In this document: positions 9,438 to 16,437 of the stretch, piece by piece
Layout: each line of letters starts with the position of its first letter
Position numbering within the stretch: position 1 is the stretch's first letter
Origin: an uncultured virus (IMG/VR IMGVR_UViG_3300020042_010191)
Lineage: Duplodnaviria > Heunggongvirae > Uroviricota > Caudoviricetes
IMG/VR virus record: IMGVR_UViG_3300020042_010191
Strand: one strand, 5' to 3'
DNA: 20,000 nucleotides
Notes under the pieces: generated by a model
What the model saw: the letters and a program-made list of their open reading frames with translations, nothing else
What the model was told of the DNA's origin: nothing
The model's database searches: none
Program-made: the position numbers and the translations under genes

Positions 9438-9446
9438 ATAGGTAGA

Positions 9447-9911
9447 ATGATGAATACCATAAAAAAATTATATAAAGAATTTTTCGGATTAAAAGAGCAA
9501 ACGATTTCAGTTCCTAAATTCAGCGAAGACGATATTAAAGGTGTAGAAGATTATACTGCTGCTGTAGAAAAAATGAAAAAAGCAATCTCTGAAGAAGAAC
9601 AAATTGAAGAAGCTCAATTAATTAATAATATAACTGATTATAGAGGCGGAGTAGAGTTTGTGCTTCGCGATCCATCCACAGCACAATCAGTTGTCGACGA
9701 AATTCAACAATGGACTGCTAAAAAAGGAATTACTTTAGTTACTAAAAAAATATCTAAAACAGGTAATGTAGTATATATGTATTTTCGATTAGGACAAGAC
9801 CCGTCATCAGAAGCACAAAAAGTTCAAGGTTATTTATCACAGATGCCAGAATTAAAACATTTTAGATTTAACGTTCGTCAACCAAAGAAAAAAATTCAAC
9901 CACAATTTTAA
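9447..9911 (+). CDS. hypothetical protein; C-terminal half has a beta-alpha-beta-beta-alpha-beta (ferredoxin-like) pattern
   Basis: 154-aa ORF (start 9447 or 9450). The fold is inferred only from hydrophobic periodicity. Confidence 0.7.
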   Translation: MMNTIKKLYKEFFGLKEQTISVPKFSEDDIKGVEDYTAAVEKMKKAISEEEQIEEAQLINNITDYRGGVEFVLRDPSTAQSVVDEIQQWTAKKGITLVTKKISKTGNVVYMYFRLGQDPSSEAQKVQGYLSQMPELKHFRFNVRQPKKKIQPQF

Positions 9912-9920
9912 ACAAGTTAT

Positions 9921-10166
9921 ATGAATAAAAAACAAAAACAACATCAAACTACAGTAGCAGGAAATCCATTAGCTGTAAATGTAATTGGAACTGCAAGAGA
10001 AGATTTAGCATTTGCATTGAAATCATGGAAACGCAAAGTAAAATCATCCGGAGTTCTAGAAGCAGTTAAAGACAGACGAGAATTTATAAAACCGTCAGTT
10101 AAACGTCGCAAACAACTTCAAGCTGCACAGTTTATGCAAAAAGTTCGAGATTTAAATTCTTTTTAA
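9921..10166 (+). CDS. rpsU: phage-encoded 30S ribosomal protein bS21
   Basis: DLAFALKSWKRKVKSSGVLEAVKDRREFIKPSVKRRKQ matches the bS21 signature (ALKxFKRK..GVL.E...R..F.KPS..RR). Confidence 0.9.
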   Translation: MNKKQKQHQTTVAGNPLAVNVIGTAREDLAFALKSWKRKVKSSGVLEAVKDRREFIKPSVKRRKQLQAAQFMQKVRDLNSF

Positions 10167-10186
10167 ACTTTTTATTTAAATGAATC

Positions 10187-10215
10187 AAGGCCTTAACAAA
10201 AGTTAGGGCTTTTTT
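10187..10215 (+). terminator. intrinsic terminator after bS21
   Basis: The hairpin GGCCTTAAC-AAAA-GTTAGGGCT is followed by a T-run. Confidence 0.8.
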
Positions 10216-10236
10216 ACTGTTTTTTCAAACTTGCTT

Positions 10237-10251
10237 ATATTTATTGAAAAA
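10237..10251 (+). promoter_or_regulatory. putative late promoter, ATATTTAT motif
   Basis: ATATTTATTGAAAAA lies just after the terminator, about 100 nt upstream of the scaffold ATG. Confidence 0.65.
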
Positions 10252-10345
10252 TACGCTATTCTTTATATAGTGTCTAGTAATTTTTATATTCTATTAAGAT
10301 TCTAAATAATCTTATTTCCAAAAAACAAATTTAAGGAGAAAACAA

Positions 10346-11347
10346 ATGGCAAAATCAGACTTGCTAAAAGAAGCAATTGCTGACGCAAAAGCTGTTAAAG
10401 AAACTGCTTTAGCAAACGCTAAAATTGCTTTACAAGAAGCATTTGCTCCTCGTATTGAAAACATGCTTTCTGCAAAGTTAGCTGAAGAGTTAGAAGATGA
10501 GGATGAAATGGAAGCTGGTGCTGAACTAGAAGCTGGAGCTGATGAAATGGAAGCCGGCGCTGAAGAAATGAATACCGATATGGATATGCCAGATATGGTA
10601 GGTATTGGTATTGATTTTGACAACGATGGTGACTATGATTTAGAAGGCGAGTTAGGCACAGGCGAAGAAGAAGTTGAAATGGGTGAAGAAGAACCTATGT
10701 CAGACGATGAAATGTCAGCTGAATATGAAGAAGGCGGCGACGATGAAGATCTTAATCTAGAAGCAATCATTCGCGAATTAGAAGAAGATTTGCATGAAGG
10801 CGATGAAATGGAAGCAGAAATGTCAACCAAAGAAGAACCAATTGAAGAAGGCGGTTATTCAGAGGATGGTATGGATGACAAATCGATCGACGAAATCATT
10901 GAAGCAATTCTTCGTGAAGAAGAAGAAGGCATGGAATCAGCTGAAGAAAAAGAAGAAATGCCAGAAGGTAAATATGAAAAAATGGAAGAAGAACTTCAAG
11001 AAGCATATTCAACCGTTAAACAACTTCAAGGTATTCTTTCTGAGGTAAATCTTTTAAACGCAAAACTTCTTTACACAAACAAATTGTTCCGCAATTTTGA
11101 ATTATCTGAAAATCAAAAAATGAAAGTAATTGAAAACTTTGATCGTGCAGGTAATACAAGAGAAGTAAAATTAGTATTTACAACATTGGCAGAGTCATTT
11201 AATAAGCCTAAAACAAAACGAGTAGTTAAAGAATCATTTGCTAGCAAACCAACAGCAACCACTGCACCTAGCAAAGAATCAACTCAAGTATTGTCAGAAG
11301 GTTTTGAATTGGCAAACCGTTGGAAAAAATTAGCAGGATTGCTATAA
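10346..11347 (+). CDS. prohead scaffold/core protein (gp22-position analogue)
   Basis: Very acidic (E/D-rich) coiled-coil protein immediately before the major capsid gene; SD TAAGGAG at 10332-10338. Confidence 0.8.
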   Translation: MAKSDLLKEAIADAKAVKETALANAKIALQEAFAPRIENMLSAKLAEELEDEDEMEAGAELEAGADEMEAGAEEMNTDMDMPDMVGIGIDFDNDGDYDLEGELGTGEEEVEMGEEEPMSDDEMSAEYEEGGDDEDLNLEAIIRELEEDLHEGDEMEAEMSTKEEPIEEGGYSEDGMDDKSIDEIIEAILREEEEGMESAEEKEEMPEGKYEKMEEELQEAYSTVKQLQGILSEVNLLNAKLLYTNKLFRNFELSENQKMKVIENFDRAGNTREVKLVFTTLAESFNKPKTKRVVKESFASKPTATTAPSKESTQVLSEGFELANRWKKLAGLL

Positions 11348-11367
11348 CATTAAAAAAAAGGAAAATC

Positions 11368-12996
11368 GTGAGTATTTCAAATTTATTACAAACAAACGAT
11401 TTCGTACAACGCAACCAAGCTAAAGCGTTGGCATCGAAATGGGAAAAGACCGGTCTATTAGAAGGTCTTCGTGGCGAAACCGAAAAAGCAGGTATGGCCC
11501 AATTGCTTGAGAACCAAGCACGTCAATTAGTAAAAGAAGCTTCATCTACTGGAACCACTGCTGGGTCAGAAGAGTGGGCAGGTGTTGCACTTCCATTAGT
11601 GCGTCGTATCTTTGCAGAATTTGCTGCTAAAGAATTCGTATCTGTTCAACCAATGAACTTACCATCAGGTCTTATTTTCTATCTAGACTTTAAATATGGT
11701 ACAGCTCAACCAGGATTTGATGATGATAACAGCAACCGTACCGGTGATCCATTTGGTACTCCTAATGCTGATGATTCAATGTTCGGTGTAACTACTACTG
11801 CTAATGATCCATTTGGTGGTCTTTATGGTGCTGGTCGTTTCGGATATTCAATTAACGAAGCAACTGCTACATCAGCAGCAACAACTGCATCGGCTGCATC
11901 TGCAGGTTCAGGTTCAGTTAATTTTGATTCAGATTATACTGCTAACCTTTCTGGTTATAGTGTAGTTTATGTATCAACTGCATCATTGTCTAATCCAGAT
12001 TTGACAGCAGTTCGTTCATTCATCGTCACTTCAGGTTCAGCAATTACAACTGCTATGAATTTACCAGCATTTACAAAATTCAATGCATCTACAGGTAAAA
12101 TTGAGTTTGTTGTATCTGCATCAGCAGGTTTGAATGGTACAGCTGCGTATTCAGTAGCATATAGCAAACAACCAACTGACGTTACACGTGGTGACTTTGA
12201 AGACAAAACACCATTGTCTAACGGATACAATGTTGATATCGACATTCCAGAAATCAACTTGGAAATGCAGTCTGAGCCAATCGTTGCTAAGACTCGTAAG
12301 TTAAAGGCTGTATGGACTCCAGAGTTCGCACAAGACCTTAACGCTTACCACTCAATTGATGCTGAAGCTGAATTGACTTCAATGTTGTCTGAGTATGTAT
12401 CAATGGAAATCGACCTAGAGATCCTAGATATGTTGATCGCAGCAGCACCAACAACTGAGTATTGGTCAGCAGTTAACAACGAGCAATGGAACGGAACAGG
12501 TTTCACTCAAACTTCAGCTACCACTGGTGGTTTCTATAACACGCAAGGTGGTTGGTTCCAAACTTTAGGTACTAAACTTCAAAAAGTATCTAATAAAATT
12601 CACCAAAAAACATTGCGTGGTGGTGCTAATTTCTTAGTAACATCTCCTGCAGTTGCAACTATTCTTGAGTCTATCCCAGGATTTGCTGCTGACACAGATG
12701 GTACTAAAATGGAATTTGCAGCAGGTGTACAAAAAATTGGTGCAATCAATAACCGCTACACTGTTTACAAAAACCCATACATGAAAGAAAATGTAATCCT
12801 TATGGGATTCCGTGGAGCACAGTTCCTTGAAACAGGCGCTGTATTTAGCCCATACATTCCACTTATCATGACTCCATTGGTATACGATCCAGTTAACTTC
12901 ACTCCACGTAAAGGTGTTATGACACGTTACGCGAAGAAAGTAGTTCGTCCAGAATTCTACGGAAAAGTATACGTACGTGGTCTTAACAGCCTTTAA
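11368..12996 (+). CDS. gp23: major capsid protein (T4 gp23-like)
   Basis: Motifs VQPMNLPSGLIFYLDF, AKTRKLKAVWTPEFAQDLNAYHSIDAEAEL, YIPL and FTPRKGVMTRY. Likely start is GTG at 11368 after AAGGA (11358-11362), not the TTG at 11320. Confidence 0.96.
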   Translation: MSISNLLQTNDFVQRNQAKALASKWEKTGLLEGLRGETEKAGMAQLLENQARQLVKEASSTGTTAGSEEWAGVALPLVRRIFAEFAAKEFVSVQPMNLPSGLIFYLDFKYGTAQPGFDDDNSNRTGDPFGTPNADDSMFGVTTTANDPFGGLYGAGRFGYSINEATATSAATTASAASAGSGSVNFDSDYTANLSGYSVVYVSTASLSNPDLTAVRSFIVTSGSAITTAMNLPAFTKFNASTGKIEFVVSASAGLNGTAAYSVAYSKQPTDVTRGDFEDKTPLSNGYNVDIDIPEINLEMQSEPIVAKTRKLKAVWTPEFAQDLNAYHSIDAEAELTSMLSEYVSMEIDLEILDMLIAAAPTTEYWSAVNNEQWNGTGFTQTSATTGGFYNTQGGWFQTLGTKLQKVSNKIHQKTLRGGANFLVTSPAVATILESIPGFAADTDGTKMEFAAGVQKIGAINNRYTVYKNPYMKENVILMGFRGAQFLETGAVFSPYIPLIMTPLVYDPVNFTPRKGVMTRYAKKVVRPEFYGKVYVRGLNSL

Positions 12997-13027
12997 TAGT
13001 TAATTAGTTAATTAGTTAGTTAATTAA
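12997..13027 (+). repeat. short TAGTTAAT tandem repeat after the capsid stop codon
   Basis: TAGTTAAT TAGTTAAT TAGT TAGTTAAT TAA. Confidence 0.8.
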
Positions 13028-13033
13028 GGTAAA

Positions 13034-13065
13034 TAAGAGAGGGTGGCTTCGGTCACCCTTTCTTA
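13034..13065 (+). terminator. stem-loop with a cUUCGg tetraloop after the major capsid gene (terminator or mRNA 3' stabiliser)
   Basis: TAAGAGAGGGTGGC-TTCG-GTCACCCTTTCTTA forms a 14-bp stem that includes two G-U pairs. Confidence 0.85.
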
Positions 13066-13073
13066 CTGTTCGA

Positions 13074-13088
13074 ATATTTATATTAAAA
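13074..13088 (+). promoter_or_regulatory. putative late promoter, ATATTTAT motif
   Basis: ATATTTATATTAAAA lies immediately after the hairpin and before the ATG at 13098. Confidence 0.7.
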
Positions 13089-13097
13089 GAAAATACT

Positions 13098-13373
13098 ATG
13101 TCAGTACCACACCATAAGTATTCAATGCAAGCAATTATTCGTTATGATGGTCGCTTAGTTGATGTATTAGATCGCATTCGAGCGATTGAATTAGTTTTGA
13201 TGGTTCATATTGAACAAGACCTAGGACCAGACAAAGAACTAGTTACTATTAAGATTATGACATCATATCCTCCGAGAAAAACATATTTAGCAATTCGACA
13301 AGCTTGTTTAGGTAAAATAGAAACGTTAAAGGATATGACTCTTCAAGAATCTACCCTTACAAAATTGTTTTAA
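13098..13373 (+). CDS. small protein with a ferredoxin-like (Lrp/AsnC ligand-binding or ACT-like) pattern
   Basis: 91 aa; LVDVLDRIRAIELVLMV resembles the helix-strand unit of AsnC C-terminal domains. Fold is inferred. Confidence 0.6.
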   Translation: MSVPHHKYSMQAIIRYDGRLVDVLDRIRAIELVLMVHIEQDLGPDKELVTIKIMTSYPPRKTYLAIRQACLGKIETLKDMTLQESTLTKLF

Positions 13374-13394
13374 TTTAATCAAAAAAAGGTTATT

Positions 13395-14060
13395 ATGGCT
13401 ACATTAAATCGCGAGAAAACTCCGCCAAAGAATGACATTAAGTTTTCAATTACATTATCAGAAGAGCAAAAACAAGCAAAAGCAAAAATTATAGAAACAC
13501 CGTTTAACTTTATATTAGGAAAAGCAGGTTCTGGAAAAACATTGTTAGCAGTTCAAATTGCATTGGATATGTTTTTTAAAAGACAAATTAATAAAATTAT
13601 CATAACTCGTCCTACTGTATCAAATGAAGATAATGGTTTTCTGCCAGGTTCATTAGCAGAAAAAATGGATCCATGGTTAGTTCCTTTACGCAGCAATATG
13701 CGCAAAGTATACAATAAGCCGGAAATTCTAGACAAAATGGAAAAGGAAGAAAATATTGAATTAGTTTCATTAGCACACTTCCGTGGTAGAACTTTTGATC
13801 ATGCAATTTGCATTGTAGACGAATTTCAAAATTTAACAAAACAACAACTTCAAATGGTATTATCTCGTTTAGGAAAAGATAGCATCATGATATTAACGGG
13901 AGACCGTTATCAAGTAGATTTAAAATTTAATAATGATTCAGCAGTTCACGAAGTTCCCAAATTAACCAAGTCAACTTTTGTAAATGAAATCATATTAACA
14001 GACAATCATCGACATGAAGCATTAGATGAAATTTTAAAACTGCTAAATGAAAGATATTGA
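13395..14060 (+). CDS. phoH: PhoH-family ATPase
   Basis: GKAGSGKT, ITRPTV, GFLPG, RGRTF, DEFQN, SRLG and GDRYQVD are PhoH motifs. Confidence 0.95.
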   Translation: MATLNREKTPPKNDIKFSITLSEEQKQAKAKIIETPFNFILGKAGSGKTLLAVQIALDMFFKRQINKIIITRPTVSNEDNGFLPGSLAEKMDPWLVPLRSNMRKVYNKPEILDKMEKEENIELVSLAHFRGRTFDHAICIVDEFQNLTKQQLQMVLSRLGKDSIMILTGDRYQVDLKFNNDSAVHEVPKLTKSTFVNEIILTDNHRHEALDEILKLLNERY

Positions 14061-14075
14061 TATTTATATTTAAAA
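14060..14075 (+). promoter_or_regulatory. putative late promoter, ATATTTAT motif
   Basis: ATATTTATATTTAAAA overlaps the phoH stop and precedes the GTG at 14086. Confidence 0.65.
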
Positions 14076-14085
14076 GGGAAACATA

Positions 14086-14682
14086 GTGAATTATGCTAAG
14101 ATATATAATCAGATTATTAATCGAGCACTAGATGCTAATCGATTAAAAAATACTGATATATATTTCGAATCACATCATATTATTCCTAAATCATTAGGTG
14201 GCACAAATGATTCTAATAATTTAGTATTGCTTACTGCAAGAGAACATTTCATAGCTCATAAATTACTTTGCGAAATTTATCCAGATAATAATAAATTAAA
14301 ATACGCTTTATGGGCAATGATGAATTTAAATAACAAAAATCAACAGCGTATATATAAAATTTCATCACGTGAATATGATATGATTAGAGCTGAATATTCT
14401 AAATTAATGTCATTACCAAAATTAGAAAAACATAAACAAAATATTTCAAATTCTTGGACTGTAGAACGTAAACAACAAGCAAGTAAACTCTTATCAGAAA
14501 AAAATAAATTACGAGTTAAAGATAAACATCCGTTATATAGAAAAACAAGACCTGAACATTCAGAATGGCTTAAACAAAATCATCCAATGAAAGGCAAGAC
14601 TCATTCTGAAGAAACTAAAAATAAAATACGTAAAAGTTTAGAGCAAACTAGATTAAAAAAAATAGGAGAACAACATGGCTGA
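14086..14682 (+). CDS. free-standing HNH homing endonuclease with a NUMOD3-like DNA-binding motif
   Basis: ESHHIIPKSLGGTNDSNNLVLLTAREHFIAHKLL is an HNH core; HPMKGKTHSEETKNKI is NUMOD3-like. Confidence 0.9.
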   Translation: MNYAKIYNQIINRALDANRLKNTDIYFESHHIIPKSLGGTNDSNNLVLLTAREHFIAHKLLCEIYPDNNKLKYALWAMMNLNNKNQQRIYKISSREYDMIRAEYSKLMSLPKLEKHKQNISNSWTVERKQQASKLLSEKNKLRVKDKHPLYRKTRPEHSEWLKQNHPMKGKTHSEETKNKIRKSLEQTRLKKIGEQHG

Positions 14683-15904
14683 TTATAGTGAAAATAAGCC
14701 GATTTGGCCTGGTTCATCTTCATTTACCGTTGGATCTACACCATTTGGTTTTTTTGATACAGATCCAGTTTTTCAAGTTCATGCAGATAAGTTTGCAAAA
14801 GCGGCCGCTCAACATTTAGGATATCCTATAATGGATGTCGAAATGCAAGCAATAAATTTTTATACTGCATTTGAATCAGCTGTAATTGAATATTCGAATC
14901 AAGTTAATCAAGTTAATATTGTTAACAACTTGATGAATACATTGGGTGTACAAACAGCATCTGCATTTTTAAGTGGCTCTAGTTTTACCGGAGCAATGAT
15001 TGGTAATTCTTTTGGTTATGTTACTAAATTATCAAAAGCATACGGAACTGAAGCAGATAGCGGTGGCACCCGTAAATGGTATACGGCGTCAATTGAAATG
15101 ACCCCGGGGCAACAAACATATAGTTTACGTACTGCAGTATCAAAATCATTGGGTATCAATATTACAACTTCTTCTATTGAAGTTAAGCGTGTTTTGCATA
15201 ACGCACCACCAGCAATTGTAAGATATTTTGATCCATTTGTTGGAACGGGCCTAGGCTCACAGCAATTATTAGATGCATTTGATTTTGGAGGTTTTTCGCC
15301 ATCAGTGTCATTCATGATGATGCCAATTAACGCTGATTTACTTAGATTACAGTCAATTGAATTTAATGATCAAGTTAGAAAATCTAGCTATTCATTTGAA
15401 ATACATGGAGATGATATAAAAATATGGCCGGTACCAACATCAGGTACAGGATCATCATCAGCAACACCATTTTTCAAAAAAGTTTGGTTTGAATTTATTT
15501 TTGATACAGACAAAGATTCCGACGCACTTTTATTCGGCAATACAGCACTTTTAAACGAGGTTGTGTCGGACGCATCAAATATACCATATACATATCAAAA
15601 CTACGGGAATATTAATGATATGGGGCGTGCGTGGATAATTAAATACGGTATTGCTTCAGCAAAAGAAATGTTAGGCTTAATTCGCAATAAATATAGTAGC
15701 GTTCCTATCCCTAATGGCGAAGTAACACTTAATGGAAGTGAATTAGTGTCACAAGGTCAATCTGAAAAAGATACTTTGATAACACAACTTAGAGAGTTCT
15801 TAGATAAATTAACTAAAGAGCAAATGATGACACGACAAAATTCAGAAGCAACACAAATGCACGAAATGTTATCAAAAGTTCCATTGAAAATATATGTTGG
15901 GTAA
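14675..15904 (+). CDS. gp13: neck protein (T4 gp13-like)
   Basis: LGYPIMDVEM near the N-terminus and WIIKYGIASAKEMLGLIRNKYSSVPIPNGEVTLNGSEL near the C-terminus resemble gp13; SD AGGAG at 14664-14668. Confidence 0.8.
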   Translation: MADYSENKPIWPGSSSFTVGSTPFGFFDTDPVFQVHADKFAKAAAQHLGYPIMDVEMQAINFYTAFESAVIEYSNQVNQVNIVNNLMNTLGVQTASAFLSGSSFTGAMIGNSFGYVTKLSKAYGTEADSGGTRKWYTASIEMTPGQQTYSLRTAVSKSLGINITTSSIEVKRVLHNAPPAIVRYFDPFVGTGLGSQQLLDAFDFGGFSPSVSFMMMPINADLLRLQSIEFNDQVRKSSYSFEIHGDDIKIWPVPTSGTGSSSATPFFKKVWFEFIFDTDKDSDALLFGNTALLNEVVSDASNIPYTYQNYGNINDMGRAWIIKYGIASAKEMLGLIRNKYSSVPIPNGEVTLNGSELVSQGQSEKDTLITQLREFLDKLTKEQMMTRQNSEATQMHEMLSKVPLKIYVG

Positions 15905-15915
15905 GGAGGACGAAA

Positions 15916-16437
15916 ATGGCAATTTTTGGTGGTATACGAGATGCTAGATTTTTAGCCGCAGTTAATTCCGAATTAATCAACGCAATTATAGATACTGAAA
16001 TTGAATTTTTTAAATTGATTGTTGAATCTAGTGCATCAAACATTTACGGAGAATCTACTAAAAAATCATATTATGATTCATTGTTAATTCCATGTTTAAT
16101 TACTAAAGAAGGTAAAACAGCTGCTATGGATGATTACGGACATTCATATACAAGAACGGCTCAATTTGCAATTTCTAGAGACATTTTAGAACGTGCATCA
16201 TTTTATCCAGAAGTTGGTGATATAGTATTTTGGGATAATGAATATTATGAATTAGATAATGTAGATGCAAATCAATATTTTGCAGGAAAAAATCCAGAAA
16301 CATGGCCAAATGGAGAAAATCATGGTTACAGCGTTTCTGTTATTTGCGATGCACATGCAACTCGCCAAACACCAACAGGTATTACAAATTTACGAAAAGG
16401 CGGAAACAATGTATCGCCGGCATATAAAGGATTTTAA
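15916..16437 (+). CDS. gp14: neck/head-completion protein (T4 gp14-like)
   Basis: Follows the gp13-like gene; motifs IYGES and PEVGDIVF...YYEL; SD TAAGGAGG at 15902-15909. Confidence 0.65.
   Translation: MAIFGGIRDARFLAAVNSELINAIIDTEIEFFKLIVESSASNIYGESTKKSYYDSLLIPCLITKEGKTAAMDDYGHSYTRTAQFAISRDILERASFYPEVGDIVFWDNEYYELDNVDANQYFAGKNPETWPNGENHGYSVSVICDAHATRQTPTGITNLRKGGNNVSPAYKGF

Noticed and set aside
11308..11370. Possible -1 frameshift fusing scaffold to capsid at TGG AAA AAA TTA
   Set aside because: The overlap is short (stop at 11305-11307 in the capsid frame), there is no canonical X XXY YYZ heptamer or stimulatory structure, and the capsid gene has its own AAGGA plus GTG start.
14086..14682. 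Group I intron or intein around the HNH
   Set aside because: The flanking genes are intact, there is no non-coding space for a ribozyme core, and I saw no intein motifs in the terminase, portal or capsid.
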